DNA of 64,000 bases, taken from the NCBI GenBank assembly GCA_963714975.1, contig CAVQQD010000003.1, positions 352,001 through 416,000 on the forward strand. Direction: 5' to 3'. This document shows positions 1-10,869 of the stretch, in pieces. Both the position numbers and the translations under genes were made by a program. The stretch is from an uncultured Gammaproteobacteria bacterium. GTDB lineage: Bacteria; Pseudomonadota; Gammaproteobacteria; JAURND01. The notes under the pieces were generated by a model, which was given only the letters and a program-made list of their open reading frames with translations, was not told where the DNA came from and did not search any database. The first letter of the stretch is position 1, and each line of letters opens with the position of its first letter.

Positions 1-224
1 TTCTTTCGTGGCGAAACACCCAAAAGATTTTGTACAAAGCCTTAGAACAGGGGAAGATAAATTCAAAGGAGTATCAGGAAATCTTTGATCTCTGGGATGA
101 CATTGTTAAACAGCAAAGTTCATTAATTACTATTGAGAAAGATCCGCTAATTACTATTGAAAATAATTCATCGTCTGCTACTACCTCATCTTCAATGACA
201 TCAATCTCTTCCTCGTCAGTATGA
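1..224 (+). CDS. C-terminal end of a hypothetical, effector-like protein (5' truncated by the window)
   Basis: The frame appears open from the window start and ends in a Ser/Thr-rich tail (NNSSSATTSSSMTSISSSSV). Confidence 0.5.
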   Translation, partial: LSWRNTQKILYKALEQGKINSKEYQEIFDLWDDIVKQQSSLITIEKDPLITIENNSSSATTSSSMTSISSSSV

Positions 225-237
225 CTATTCACCGGCT

Positions 238-318
238 CTTCGTCATCCCGAGGAGCTTGCGACGAGGGATCTCCATGCCAGTTGCAGGAGATCCCTCGCT
301 TCGCTCGGGATGACGGAG
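238..318. repeat. Palindromic repeat, family B (GTCATCCCGAG...GAGATCCCTCGCTTCGCTCGGGATGAC), RPE-like
   Basis: Terminal CGTCATCCCG/CGGGATGACG inverted repeat between convergent genes; 288-314 is identical to 8653-8679. Confidence 0.8.
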
Positions 319-329
319 AAAGCGGGATT

Positions 330-1841
330 TTAGATCCCTAAAGTTTCTGGGGTAGGTTGGTTTTTGTCGATTAAGTTCGTCTTTTGCGAAGTTGAGTGTA
401 GTTGATGGGCAAACAAGTTCATCCACGAACATCCAAAGCTTTCAAATCTTTTATCCACCACCCAGGCAGCATTTTCTTGAGATATTCCTGCTGCCGCACA
501 TCTAAAATACTCGAATAAATCCAGCGAATTTACAGAGCCATAACGTAATTTTGCAAAATAATCCTCAACACTAGTTATAAACCTATGGATTGGCTTCTCC
601 TCCTCAGAAAAACAAATGCCGTTTCCTAGTTGTTTTTTTATGATTTTGGTCGCGTAAGCTTGGTATGGGGTGGAACTTTTTTGCAGAGTCTCTGCTACTT
701 GCTCTGTGGATGTTTTCGACATTTCTGCTAGTAGCGGGGTAAATTCATCTGCTATTTGTGTGATTATTTGTTGCCAATCTTTTTCATCTATGGGTGCCGA
801 ACTAATTTTATGATCATCTACTTTAGAGACGACAGCTTCGGTAGTGAGTTGCGAGGAGTTAGTAATTTCCTGCCCAGGTAATTTCCAATAACCGTCGACA
901 AATTTTAAATTAGGTGGTTTTTGCTGACTAAAGCTGGCATCAATGATCACTCGGCCGGTAGGATAATAAGCTTTTTCCTTCACGGTGATTGCTTGGGAAG
1001 GATGAAAAGTTTGAATTAATAAAAAAGGTGCTTTATTCTTTTTATGGTAAGCCCAGTAGGGATTTTCTTCTGCTTGTGGCTTAAATTCTTTCCAGCTTTC
1101 TGTATCTGTGAGGTTAAGCAGCGAGGGGATCAGTTGTTCCTTGGATACGAGTTTTAATCCCCTACCACAAGATTCATTAGTTGGTTTGATAATAAAGTAA
1201 TCATTTGGATTTTCTGCGAAAAATTTTTCGATAGCATTGAAATCGGGTTTATTTAAATCGACTAATAGTGTGTCAGGAATAAGCTTACTGCCTTGACAGA
1301 ATTGATGAAAAGCCACTTTATCAACACATGCTGTCGTTAATCCTCCTGAGACATAATGTAACAGCGTGAAATTGGTTTTATTTGTTGCTAGCAAGTGCTC
1401 TAGTTGTAATTTTGTCGCATAATCTAACCGAATTCCACTCAATGAAAAAAGTAAATGACGTTGTAGAGGGTATTTAGGCATGGCAGCGCAGGAGAGTAGT
1501 AGTGTTAAAAAAGCTTGTGGGTCACTTCCAGTATAAGTGGCGGTAAACCACGCTTCCTCAGCTTTCTTGTAAACAGATTTGCTCTCACGTTCGGCTTTAA
1601 AATCATGGATTCGGACTCGACCAGAGCCAGGCATACTTTGATCTTCAAGGTAAACGCTCTCTGGATATTGGTTCTTTAGCTCTGCTAAGTATTCCTTCTT
1701 GATTGGCATTTTCTCTTGAGTTTTTCGCAGTTTATCCAGGCCTTCAAAGGAAGATCGGAAAAAATCTCCCATTTCTAATAGCTTTACGCCTCCTTGCTTA
1801 GGGTTCCAGGTAAAATCGATGATAAATCTTTGTTGTGACAT
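330..1841 (-). CDS. ATP-grasp-fold protein (probably circularly permuted), candidate Dot/Icm effector
   Basis: FIIKPTNESCGRGLKLV and FLLIQTF ATP-grasp motifs; N-terminal D...LLE motif; PmrA-type box upstream. Confidence 0.6.
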   Translation of the reverse strand: MSQQRFIIDFTWNPKQGGVKLLEMGDFFRSSFEGLDKLRKTQEKMPIKKEYLAELKNQYPESVYLEDQSMPGSGRVRIHDFKAERESKSVYKKAEEAWFTATYTGSDPQAFLTLLLSCAAMPKYPLQRHLLFSLSGIRLDYATKLQLEHLLATNKTNFTLLHYVSGGLTTACVDKVAFHQFCQGSKLIPDTLLVDLNKPDFNAIEKFFAENPNDYFIIKPTNESCGRGLKLVSKEQLIPSLLNLTDTESWKEFKPQAEENPYWAYHKKNKAPFLLIQTFHPSQAITVKEKAYYPTGRVIIDASFSQQKPPNLKFVDGYWKLPGQEITNSSQLTTEAVVSKVDDHKISSAPIDEKDWQQIITQIADEFTPLLAEMSKTSTEQVAETLQKSSTPYQAYATKIIKKQLGNGICFSEEEKPIHRFITSVEDYFAKLRYGSVNSLDLFEYFRCAAAGISQENAAWVVDKRFESFGCSWMNLFAHQLHSTSQKTNLIDKNQPTPETLGI

Positions 1842-1872
1842 GCCTGTGTCTCGCGAACTAGAATTCTTTATT

Positions 1873-1905
1873 ATTCTAGCTCTGGAATATTAGGTGAATG
1901 TTAAG
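1873..1905 (-). promoter_or_regulatory. PmrA-type box plus -10 element
   Basis: Minus strand CTTAACATT-CA-CCTAATATT-N7-TAGAAT. Confidence 0.7.
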
Positions 1906-1965
1906 GGATTATGGTCAAAAGACATATAACTCTGCACTAGACAAAAATTGAACCGCAGATCTAAA

Positions 1966-1999
1966 CGTGCCCGATTGCGTGCCCGCGCCCGTGCCCGAT
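1966..1999 (+). repeat. Short GTGCCC-type hexamer repeat tract
   Basis: cgtgcccgattgcgtgcccgcgcccgtgcccgat in an AT-rich intergenic region. Confidence 0.5.
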
Positions 2000-2119
2000 T
2001 TTTTCTGTAAAATGAGGTGTCGGAATTCTTATAAAAAGTTCAAAAACTACGGTATTGATCTGTAAGGTTTAAAATCGTATGTTTAAATTCTTTTATCTGC
2101 CAATTAGGGGGCGTATACT

Positions 2120-2431
2120 GTGCAATATCACGAGCAGGCAAGAATGTTATTTATTGTGCAATCTGAATTGATTGAGTCTAAGGTAGAAATGGCAATGAAC
2201 AAAGCAATTAGTCAAGTAGTTGAACAAATTATGGCTCTTCGCTTAGAAATGCATCAAGAAATTAGCAAGGTGAATGAGCGCCTTATCGCATTAGAAACGG
2301 CTTTAGGAAAACGCAACAAGGTGCGACACGAAATTCGTACTCGTTTTGTGGATTATGCGTTTAAAGCAGGTTGGTTAATATTAGGTGTGGTTTTAACGTA
2401 TGCAGTATCTTATTCAAAATTTCTATATTAA
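2120..2431 (+). CDS. Small coiled-coil protein with C-terminal TM helix (DUF1640-like)
   Basis: Heptad-like segment plus a C-terminal hydrophobic helix; GGGGG RBS before a GTG start. Confidence 0.6.
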   Translation: MQYHEQARMLFIVQSELIESKVEMAMNKAISQVVEQIMALRLEMHQEISKVNERLIALETALGKRNKVRHEIRTRFVDYAFKAGWLILGVVLTYAVSYSKFLY

Positions 2432-3249
2432 GGCGCGCGGTTTAGGCCTTTGGCAATAAAGTAATGATATGAGGTCGGGATTTGTTTCGCCACTGAATTA
2501 GCCTGGGCTTGGCTGTCAAAGCGGGCAAAAATACTGCTGCCAGTTCCGGTTAATTTGGCTTGGGCAAATGGGGTTAACCAATTCATCGCTTCAACAATCT
2601 GTGGAAACATTTGACATACGACTTGCTCTGTATCGTTACGTCCCCCTGCAGATAGAAATTCCGCAAAGCTAATAGGGGGTGTATTGCGGGGTAATTGGGG
2701 GTGGGCATAAATTTCTGCAGTAGAGACAGCGCAGGGTGGGGTAATGACCAAGTACCACGCCTCAGGGAGCTCCACTGGGGTCAATTTTTCTCCAATGCCT
2801 TCACCCCAGGCGGTGTTGCCATGAATAAAGACCGGCACATCAGCACCTAATTGTACACCCAGCAACGCCAGAGCTGCTATTGAGACATCGAGTCCCCATA
2901 ATTGATTTAATCCGATTAAAGTAGTGGCGGCATTGGAACTCCCACCCCCTAATCCTCCTCCCATTGGTAGACGTTTGTGGAGACGGATGTTGGCGCCATA
3001 AGAGGTGGGGAACTCCGTTTTGAGTTTGCTAGCAGCTCGCCAAATTAAATTTTCCTTTACTGGAATCCCCAAGTTATCTTCGAGCTGAATAACCCCGTCG
3101 TCGCGTCGTTCAAAGGTCAAAGTATCCGCATAATCCAGCAACTGAAATAACGTTTGTAGTTCATGATAGCCATTCGAGCGGCGTCCAGTGATGTGTAAAA
3201 ACAAATTTAATTTAGCGGGCGCCGCTAGGGTGAGAGAGGTTGTGATCAT
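2428..3249 (-). CDS. ispE: 4-diphosphocytidyl-2-C-methyl-D-erythritol kinase
   Basis: APAKLNLFLHITGRR, PMGGGLGGGSSNAA, LGADVP motifs. Confidence 0.97.
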   Translation of the reverse strand: MITTSLTLAAPAKLNLFLHITGRRSNGYHELQTLFQLLDYADTLTFERRDDGVIQLEDNLGIPVKENLIWRAASKLKTEFPTSYGANIRLHKRLPMGGGLGGGSSNAATTLIGLNQLWGLDVSIAALALLGVQLGADVPVFIHGNTAWGEGIGEKLTPVELPEAWYLVITPPCAVSTAEIYAHPQLPRNTPPISFAEFLSAGGRNDTEQVVCQMFPQIVEAMNWLTPFAQAKLTGTGSSIFARFDSQAQANSVAKQIPTSYHYFIAKGLNRAP

Positions 3250-3869
3250 TAAGTTTTATTTATTTGCCAATTTTTAATCACCAATCTTAACTGCAATTGG
3301 GGATTGTTTAAAGCAATGAGGCTAGGTAAGTCCAGGCCGTTCACATTGGTATATTTCAGATAACGAATATTCCAACCTTGCTGATTTAATTCAGTCAAGT
3401 GATGAAAGGAGTCAGACTGAGTTTTAGCCGAGGTACCAGGGGCCGGTAATCCTCTAACCCAATAATAAAGGGAAGAAATAGGCATATGCCAGCCCAATTG
3501 CCTTTGCATTAGTTCCTCTGGGTTGTGTGCAGAAACAGGGGCACGATTGGATTGGGCTAGGGTGATAGAGCCTGGATTGCCGGTGATTTGCATTCGCCCC
3601 AAACTTAATGGCCCAAAGAAGGTTAAGGCATATTGATTCCCTTGCTGGTTCCAGGTCAGTGAAGCCATGTCTGTTTTACCGCCGCGGGTGATGCTGGCGG
3701 AGCCATTAATAGTCCAGTGGGTGATCTGGGTCAGCTGGGATGATCTTTTTTGCCAAGTGAGTTCCTGATTGGCTGCAGGGGTTGTGCTGGGTTGCATGGA
3801 GGCGCAGCCCGCTAGTGCCGAACCAACGATTACTGTGAGTGCGAAATATTTGAGTGAAATCCAATTCAT
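3249..3869 (-). CDS. lolB: Outer-membrane lipoprotein LolB
   Basis: Lipobox LAGC; QLGWHMP..LYYWVRGLP; hemA-lolB-ispE synteny. Confidence 0.93.
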   Translation of the reverse strand: MNWISLKYFALTVIVGSALAGCASMQPSTTPAANQELTWQKRSSQLTQITHWTINGSASITRGGKTDMASLTWNQQGNQYALTFFGPLSLGRMQITGNPGSITLAQSNRAPVSAHNPEELMQRQLGWHMPISSLYYWVRGLPAPGTSAKTQSDSFHHLTELNQQGWNIRYLKYTNVNGLDLPSLIALNNPQLQLRLVIKNWQINKT

Positions 3870-3928
3870 ATTAATAACTCCTTAGAGTATAGGGTTGCTT
3901 CAGTTTTTAAATCTGCGTATCCTAAACC

Positions 3929-5167
3929 ATGCCTTTTATTGCCTGTGGGATCAATCATAAGTCTGCTGCAATTGCACTTCGTGAGCAAGCTTTTTTTGCG
4001 CCACAAGATGTGAGCAAGACACTAGAAGGACTGGTTCAACAGAAGGTAGCGAATGAGGCGATGATCCTTTCTACTTGTAACCGGACCGAACTCTACACCC
4101 ACAGCCATAACCCCCAACAATTCAATGCCTGGCTTAGTAACTCTGCTATAGGTCAGGCTATTCCAGCAGATCATTGGTATTGGCATCAAGATCAGCAAGC
4201 AGTCAGTCATATCATGCGGGTGGCGAGTGGTTTAGACTCGATGATTTTGGGCGAATCACAAATCCTAGCCCAAATGAAGCAAGCATTTGCTTGTGCTAAA
4301 GCCGCCGGAACCGTAGGAGAACAATTGCAACGCTTGTTACAAAGAGTGTTTTCGGTCACGAAACAAGTGCGCACTGCCACTGGGGTTGGGGCCAATCCGA
4401 TTTCAATCGCCTATGCGGCAATCGGTTTAGCCAAGCGCATTTTTACTCATCTGCCGAAACGTCAGGTATTATTATTGGGAAGTGGGCAAACTATCCAATT
4501 AGTTGCGTTGCACCTGCGGAATTTAGGGGTGAAACGAATTGTTATTGCCAATCGCTCTTTACCTAAGGCACAGGCATTGGCCACGGAATTTAATGCTCTA
4601 GCGATGCCTCTGGGAGAGATTCCGCTGTATTTAAATAAGGTCGATATCGTCATTAGCGCCACCAGCAGTCCCCTGCCGATTATGGGTAAAGGCATGGTAG
4701 AACGTGCGTTAAAAACAGGGAAACGGCGTCCCTTAGTGATGGTCGATCTGGGGGTGCCACGGGATATTGAACCCGAAGTAGCGGATTTGGAAGATGCTTA
4801 TCTGTATAACTTAGATAGCATCAAAGAAATTGTTGCGGAAAATTTGAAATCTAGAGTCGAAGCTGCTAAATGTGCTGAGGAAATTATTAATTTGCAAGCG
4901 CAGTATTTTATGCGGCAATTACAGTCCTTGGATGCGGTAGATACCATTCGTGATTATCGCAAAAAAATGGATCAATTGCGCCATTGCGAACTGTCCCGAG
5001 CCCTGGATTTATTGAATCGTGGTACTGATCCGGCATGGTTATTGCAGGAAATGAGCCGATCCTTGCTTAATAAGGTGATGCATGTTCCGAGTGTGCAATT
5101 ACGCCAGGCGGGGTTTGATGGGCAAGTAGATGTTATTTTATCGGCTAGAAAATTATTTGATTTATGA
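3929..5167 (+). CDS. hemA: Glutamyl-tRNA reductase
   Basis: GINHK, STCNRTE, GLDSMILGESQIL, DLGVPRDIE motifs. Confidence 0.97.
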   Translation: MPFIACGINHKSAAIALREQAFFAPQDVSKTLEGLVQQKVANEAMILSTCNRTELYTHSHNPQQFNAWLSNSAIGQAIPADHWYWHQDQQAVSHIMRVASGLDSMILGESQILAQMKQAFACAKAAGTVGEQLQRLLQRVFSVTKQVRTATGVGANPISIAYAAIGLAKRIFTHLPKRQVLLLGSGQTIQLVALHLRNLGVKRIVIANRSLPKAQALATEFNALAMPLGEIPLYLNKVDIVISATSSPLPIMGKGMVERALKTGKRRPLVMVDLGVPRDIEPEVADLEDAYLYNLDSIKEIVAENLKSRVEAAKCAEEIINLQAQYFMRQLQSLDAVDTIRDYRKKMDQLRHCELSRALDLLNRGTDPAWLLQEMSRSLLNKVMHVPSVQLRQAGFDGQVDVILSARKLFDL

Positions 5168-5793
5168 CAATACAAATAGCAGGCACTTTATATATCATTA
5201 CTGCACCTTCTGGCACTGGAAAAACTACCTTAGCCAATGGCTTGGTGGCATCCATGGAAAAGCTGAGGCGTTCTGTTTCTTATACCACCCGCCCACAACG
5301 CGCAGGAGAAGTGCAGGGGGTCGATTATTGGTTTGTTAGCCAGGCGGAATTTGATGAAATGGTGGCAACCAATGCCTTCCTTGAATTTGCCCAGGTATTT
5401 AACTATTTTTATGGAACCTCCAAATCACAAGTGGAGCAGTACCTACAAGCGGGTGAAGATGTCATTTTAGCGATTGATTGGCAGGGAGCAGCACAAGTGC
5501 GTGAACACTTTCTCGCGGCCATCAGCATTTTTGTCCTGCCGCCCTCACGCGAGCAATTGCAGCAGCGCTTACAAAACCGGCGTCAAGATCAACAAGAGGT
5601 GATTGAAACTCGCTTGCGAGCAGCAGGTGGGGAAGTGGCACATTACGGAGAGTTTGATTATTTAGTGATTAATGAAGTATTGGCCGATGCCCTGGCTGAT
5701 TTATGCGCCATAGTACGCGCCAATCGAATATCGAAATCAAGACAAGCAATAAAATATGCTGGATTGCTGGAAGAATGGTTAAAAATGCATTAA
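5164..5793 (+). CDS. gmk: Guanylate kinase
   Basis: [23 protein letters not shown] motifs. Confidence 0.97.
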   Translation: MTIQIAGTLYIITAPSGTGKTTLANGLVASMEKLRRSVSYTTRPQRAGEVQGVDYWFVSQAEFDEMVATNAFLEFAQVFNYFYGTSKSQVEQYLQAGEDVILAIDWQGAAQVREHFLAAISIFVLPPSREQLQQRLQNRRQDQQEVIETRLRAAGGEVAHYGEFDYLVINEVLADALADLCAIVRANRISKSRQAIKYAGLLEEWLKMH

Positions 5794-5825
5794 AATCCCT
5801 TCTCCCGCAAGCGGGCGAGGGGATA
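5793..5825. repeat. Short family A palindrome (CCCTTCTCCC...GGGCGAGGGG)
   Basis: aaatcccttctcccgcaagcgggcgaggggatat between gmk and rpoZ. Confidence 0.6.
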
Positions 5826-5858
5826 TCCTCACACCTACTAACCAACAGAGGTATTCAA

Positions 5859-6137
5859 ATGGCACGTGTTACTGTTCAAGATTGTTTAACGCGCATTCCT
5901 AATCGATTTGAATTAGTTTTGGCGGCGGCAAAGCGCGCAAGATTACTTCAGCAGGGGGCTCAGTCCATGGTTTCTCAGGGAAATCACAAATCTACCGTAA
6001 TTGCTTTACGTGAAATTGCTGCTGGAGATGTTACTGTCGGTATTCTAGAAGATGGCAGCGTAGCTATCGTCGCCTCAGAAGTCAAAACAGAAGAAGTTGC
6101 AAATCCGGTTTCTGGAGAAACCGGTGAATCTGATTAA
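5859..6137 (+). CDS. rpoZ: RNA polymerase omega subunit
   Basis: [30 protein letters not shown]; GAGG RBS before the ATG at 5859. Confidence 0.96.
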   Translation: MARVTVQDCLTRIPNRFELVLAAAKRARLLQQGAQSMVSQGNHKSTVIALREIAAGDVTVGILEDGSVAIVASEVKTEEVANPVSGETGESD

Positions 6138-8238
6138 GCAATTACAGCAAAAATTAGGCTACTTCCCTAACGAAGCTATTGTCAAAATAATCGAGGCTTA
6201 TCACCTCGCCGAACAAGCTCATCAAAATCAAAAGCGCCATTCTGGTGAGCCTTATATTACCCACCCCGTTGCCGTGGCGGGTCTGCTTGCCGATATGCAC
6301 ATGGATCCCCAGACCATTATGGCGGCATTATTGCATGATGTCATCGAAGATACCCCCATCGAGAAACACACTATCGAAAAACGTTTTGGCACTGCAGTGG
6401 CAGACTTAGTCGATGGTGTCAGTAAGCTTACGCAGATCGAGTTTAAAAATCGTGCCGAAGCCCAAGCAGAAAATTTCCATAAAATGGTGCTGGCCATGTC
6501 ACGTGATATTCGGGTCATGATTATCAAGTTGACAGACCGATTACATAATATGCGAACCTTGGCTGCCCTTGCTCCAGAAAAACGGCGGCGCATTGCTGGT
6601 GAGACACTCGATATTTATGCGCCTATTGCCAATCGTTTAGGGATGAATGCTATTTATGTGGAACTGCAAAATTTAGCATTTAAGGCCCTATATCCCCAAC
6701 GTGCGACTGTTTTGCAAACGGCGGTTCGTAAAGTGTTGGGAGATCAAAAAAAGATTATGGATTTAGTCTATAGAGAGCTTCACCATGCCCTAGAACGACA
6801 TAATTTAACGCATTGCCAAGTGATTGGTCGGGAAAAACATTTATATAGCATTTATCAAAAAATGCGCACTCGGGGCATCTCTTTTAAAGCCATCACGGAT
6901 GTTTATGGATTCCGCATTGTCGTGGATTCTGTTGATAATTCTTATCGTGCTTTAGGGGTAGTGCATAGCTTATATAAGCCCTTGCCCGAAAAATTCAAAG
7001 ACTACATTGCTATTTCCAAGGTGAATGGTTATCAATCTTTACACACCACTTTATTTGGGCCATTTGGCATCCCTATCGAAGTACAAATTCGTACTAAAGC
7101 TATGGACCAAGTGGCAGAAAATGGTATTGCGGCACATTGGTTGTATAAGTCCGGCGAAAAAGCCTTGGACGAATCGCATGTGCGTGCACAGCAATGGGTA
7201 AAAAAACTGCTGGAGCTGCAAAAAAAGACCGGCGGTTCGGTTGAATTTTTTGAAAACGTTAAAATCGATTTATTTCCTGATGAAGTCTATGTATTTACTC
7301 CGAAGGGGTTAATTCTTGAGTTGCCAAAGGGCGCCACGGTCATTGATTTTGCTTATGCGGTGCATACGGATATTGGTAATAGTTGCGTTGCTGCTAAGGT
7401 GGACCGACAGCTGACTTCTTTATCCAGTGAATTGCGTAGCGGTCAAACCGTCGAGGTCATTGCTTCCCCAGTGGCGCGGCCTAATCCTGAATGGTTAAAT
7501 TTTGTGATTACCGCGCGAGCACGCAGTGCCATTCGGCATTATCTACGGACCAAACGGCGCCGTCAGTCCGTCGCTCTAGGCAAAGAACTGCTGATAAAAT
7601 CTTTGGAGCGATTGTCCTTGAGCTTAAAACAAATTTCTCCGCAGGCAGTGCAATTAATTTTAAAAGGCGCACAATTAGGATCCTTTGATGATTTGTTGGA
7701 AGAAATAGGTTTAGGTAACCGCATGGCAGGGTTAGTAGCGCATCAACTAGCGGGAGCGACCGAAGGATTGTCTGCTAATAAGGACATTTTGCAAGAAACT
7801 GGGCCACTATTAATTAAAGGCACTGAAGGGGTAGTCGTCCATTTTGCGACTTGTTGTTATCCAATACCCGGTGATCCGATTGTGGGAATTGTGAGCGCAG
7901 GTCAGGGGCTCGTAGTTCACATACAGTTATGCAAACATGTGCGCAAACAGCGACGTGATCCTGATAAGTATATGGCGGTGAGTTGGGCGGAGAGGGTGAC
8001 AGGAGAATTTATTGCCGCTATTCGGGTTACCGGCGAAAATCGCCGTGGTGTCCTGGCGCAATTAGCGCGAGCGATAGCAGATGCCAATGCCGATATTGTC
8101 GACATCATCGTATCAGAACAGGATTTACACCATTATGAAGATGTTTTTAAATTAGCGGTAGAAAATCGAAAACACTTAGCCCGAGTGTTACGGAATTTGC
8201 GTCGGGTGGAAACTGTAATTAAAGTTTCACGCAAATGA
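6124..8238 (+). CDS. spoT: Bifunctional (p)ppGpp synthetase/hydrolase SpoT
   Basis: HD motif (LLHDVIED), synthetase, TGS and ACT regions; gmk-rpoZ-spoT synteny; GTG start at 6124 assumed. Confidence 0.96.
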   Translation: MNLIKQLQQKLGYFPNEAIVKIIEAYHLAEQAHQNQKRHSGEPYITHPVAVAGLLADMHMDPQTIMAALLHDVIEDTPIEKHTIEKRFGTAVADLVDGVSKLTQIEFKNRAEAQAENFHKMVLAMSRDIRVMIIKLTDRLHNMRTLAALAPEKRRRIAGETLDIYAPIANRLGMNAIYVELQNLAFKALYPQRATVLQTAVRKVLGDQKKIMDLVYRELHHALERHNLTHCQVIGREKHLYSIYQKMRTRGISFKAITDVYGFRIVVDSVDNSYRALGVVHSLYKPLPEKFKDYIAISKVNGYQSLHTTLFGPFGIPIEVQIRTKAMDQVAENGIAAHWLYKSGEKALDESHVRAQQWVKKLLELQKKTGGSVEFFENVKIDLFPDEVYVFTPKGLILELPKGATVIDFAYAVHTDIGNSCVAAKVDRQLTSLSSELRSGQTVEVIASPVARPNPEWLNFVITARARSAIRHYLRTKRRRQSVALGKELLIKSLERLSLSLKQISPQAVQLILKGAQLGSFDDLLEEIGLGNRMAGLVAHQLAGATEGLSANKDILQETGPLLIKGTEGVVVHFATCCYPIPGDPIVGIVSAGQGLVVHIQLCKHVRKQRRDPDKYMAVSWAERVTGEFIAAIRVTGENRRGVLAQLARAIADANADIVDIIVSEQDLHHYEDVFKLAVENRKHLARVLRNLRRVETVIKVSRK

Positions 8239-8260
8239 ACCCCCCATTGAGAGTTATTTT

Positions 8261-8647
8261 ATGAAACAAATTATTCAAACCCACGAAGCTCCTCAAGCTA
8301 TCGGTACTTATTCACAAGCTGTCAAGGTGGGTAATCATGTCTATATGTCAGGACAGATTCCTCTGGATCCGCAAACGATGGAATTAGTTTCAGGCGACAT
8401 TAAAGCGCAGATTCGCCGTGCTTTTGAAAATTTAAGTGCTGTTGCTAAAGCTGCTGGAGGAAGTTTGGCCGATATCGTAAAACTAACTATTTATCTGCTT
8501 GACTTAAGCCATTTTGCTGCAGTGAACGAGGTAATGGAGGAATATTTTACGGCTCCCTTTCCGGCTCGAGCAGTGATCGGCGTAGCGGAATTGCCAAAAG
8601 GAGCGCAATTTGAAGTCGATGGAATTATGAAATTGCAAGATCTGTGA
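8261..8647 (+). CDS. ridA: RidA/YjgF-family enamine deaminase
   Basis: [26 protein letters not shown] motifs. Confidence 0.92.
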   Translation: MKQIIQTHEAPQAIGTYSQAVKVGNHVYMSGQIPLDPQTMELVSGDIKAQIRRAFENLSAVAKAAGGSLADIVKLTIYLLDLSHFAAVNEVMEEYFTAPFPARAVIGVAELPKGAQFEVDGIMKLQDL

Positions 8648-8652
8648 ACAGC

Positions 8653-8679
8653 GAGATCCCTCGCTTCGCTCGGGATGAC
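8653..8679. repeat. Half copy of the family B palindrome
   Basis: 27 bp identical to 288-314. Confidence 0.75.
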
Positions 8680-8682
8680 ATT

Positions 8683-10869
8683 ATGCAAGAAGAACGTATT
8701 GAAGGTGCTGTAGAGCGTGTGACCTTTCATAATGAAGAGAATGGCTTTTGTGTGTTACGAGTGAAGGTGAAAGGTCAACGCGACTTGGTTGCTGTGGTGG
8801 GTAGCTTAGCCAGCATCGCGCCTGGGGAGAGTATCGTAGGTTATGGAAGTTGGTCTAACGACAAAAAACATGGGTTACAATTTAAAGCCCAGAAAATCCA
8901 AGTGGTTGCTCCTACGACATTAGAAGGGATCCAAAAATATTTGGGATCCGGGATGGTCAAAGGGATTGGGCCTCATTATGCAAAAATACTCGTCAAAGCA
9001 TTCGGGGAAACGGTATTTGATGTCATCGAACATCATCCGACGCAACTAATGAAATTAGGAGGAATCGGCAAAAAACGTTTAAAGATGATAACGGCTGCTT
9101 GGGCTGAGCAGAAAATGATACGCGAGATTATGGTTTTTTTGCAATCTTACGGCGTTGGGCCTGCTAAGGCGGTACGCATTTATAAATTGTATGGAGACTC
9201 GGCTGTTGCGCGCGTTCAAGAAAATCCTTATCGATTGGCCCACGATATTCATGGCATAGGGTTTAAGACGGCAGACGCCTTGGCTATACGTTTGGGTATT
9301 CCCAAAGATAGCATTTTACGAGCCCAAGCTGGAGTGCATCACGTCTTGCATGAACTGTGTCAGCAAGGACATTGCGCGGTTGAATATCAGCAGTTGGTGG
9401 ATAAAAGTGTAACGCTGCTCGAGATTGAAGAGAAAATCATCAAAGAGGCCATTGCCAATGAGATTGCCCTCGAAAAATTAATTCCTGATCGCATCCATGA
9501 TGTTGCTTGTATTTTCCCGGTGTCCTTATATCGTGCAGAAGTGGCTGCTGCAGAACATTTAATTCGTATTTTCAAGGGTCTGCCCCCTTGGGGTAAAGTC
9601 GACATCGCGAAAGCAATTCCTTGGGTAGAACAGCAGTCAGGATTGCAATTATCTTATTCTCAAAAAACAGCAGTTGAGACGGTGCTCAAATATAAATTGT
9701 CTATAATAACCGGCGGACCAGGGGTTGGAAAAACTACCATTGTAAAAAGCCTGCTGAGCCTGTTACAAATTAAACGCATGTTTGTTGCCTTATGTGCGCC
9801 CACCGGCAGAGCTGCCAAACGCTTATTGGAATCGACCGGATTAGCGGCTAAAACTATCCATAGGTTGCTGGCATTTGATCCAGTGAATCGCTCATTTAAT
9901 TATCATCAAGACAATCCATTGCCGATAGATGTATTGATCGTTGATGAATCCTCCATGATTGACACGGTGTTGCTTTATCATTTGTTGAAGGCTGTTCCAA
10001 ATCATGCTGCGCTTATATTCATAGGAGACATTGATCAATTACCTTCCGTGGGATCTGGGGCTGTTTTGATGGATATGATTCGATCAGGCGTTATCCCAAC
10101 GGTCAGATTGACGGAAATATTCAGACAGGCAGCTCATTCTAAAATTATTGTGAATGCGCATCGTATCAATGAGGGTGAAATGCCTTTGCCAAATGAATCT
10201 TCTAACAGTGACTTTTACACGATTTATGCCGATACGCCTGAAGAAATTCATGATCAACTGATCGAGCTGGTTGCTAATCGCCTCCCCCAATATACCGGCT
10301 GTCATCCAGTGCATGACATACAAGTGCTGACCCCGATGAATCGAGGTGGTTTAGGAACCGGATCTCTTAATCAGGCCTTGCAGAAACGGTTAAATGGCCA
10401 TGCTGAACCCAAGGTGACTCATTTTGGTTTAACGCTGGCGCCAGGAGATAAAGTGATTCAGATCGTCAATAATTATGATAAAGAAGTATTTAATGGGGAT
10501 ATTGGTTTTGTGACCCAGATTGATCTCATAGCAAATCAACTAAAAGTAACCTTTGATCAACGAGCCGTTAGCTATGAGTTAAATGAGCTGGATGAAATGA
10601 CTTTAGCCTATGCCATTAGTATCCATAAAAGCCAAGGATCTGAATTTCCAATCGTCGTTATGCCTCTTTCTATTCAACATTACCTGCTACTGGCAAGGAA
10701 TCTTTTGTATACGGGCGTTACTCGCGGTAAGCAGTTGGTGGTATTGATTGGCGAAAAGAAAGCAATTGGTATGGCAGTGAGGAATAATCGCGAAAATACG
10801 CGGCTTACAAAACTTGCTGATCGCTTAAAAACCTCTCAGTGGTCTCCTCACCTCAGTAATCACTCCTAA
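8683..10869 (+). CDS. recD2: RecD2 (RecD/TraA-family) SF1B helicase
   Basis: N-terminal GAVERVTFHNEENGF and HhH repeats; GGPGVGKTT, DESSM, LAYAISIHKSQGSEF. Confidence 0.92.
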   Translation: MQEERIEGAVERVTFHNEENGFCVLRVKVKGQRDLVAVVGSLASIAPGESIVGYGSWSNDKKHGLQFKAQKIQVVAPTTLEGIQKYLGSGMVKGIGPHYAKILVKAFGETVFDVIEHHPTQLMKLGGIGKKRLKMITAAWAEQKMIREIMVFLQSYGVGPAKAVRIYKLYGDSAVARVQENPYRLAHDIHGIGFKTADALAIRLGIPKDSILRAQAGVHHVLHELCQQGHCAVEYQQLVDKSVTLLEIEEKIIKEAIANEIALEKLIPDRIHDVACIFPVSLYRAEVAAAEHLIRIFKGLPPWGKVDIAKAIPWVEQQSGLQLSYSQKTAVETVLKYKLSIITGGPGVGKTTIVKSLLSLLQIKRMFVALCAPTGRAAKRLLESTGLAAKTIHRLLAFDPVNRSFNYHQDNPLPIDVLIVDESSMIDTVLLYHLLKAVPNHAALIFIGDIDQLPSVGSGAVLMDMIRSGVIPTVRLTEIFRQAAHSKIIVNAHRINEGEMPLPNESSNSDFYTIYADTPEEIHDQLIELVANRLPQYTGCHPVHDIQVLTPMNRGGLGTGSLNQALQKRLNGHAEPKVTHFGLTLAPGDKVIQIVNNYDKEVFNGDIGFVTQIDLIANQLKVTFDQRAVSYELNELDEMTLAYAISIHKSQGSEFPIVVMPLSIQHYLLLARNLLYTGVTRGKQLVVLIGEKKAIGMAVRNNRENTRLTKLADRLKTSQWSPHLSNHS

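Noticed and set aside
3870-3900. PmrA-like box between lolB and hemA
   Set aside because: The second half-site lacks TTAA and there is no -10 at the 7-nt spacing; the sequence is explained by the lolB RBS
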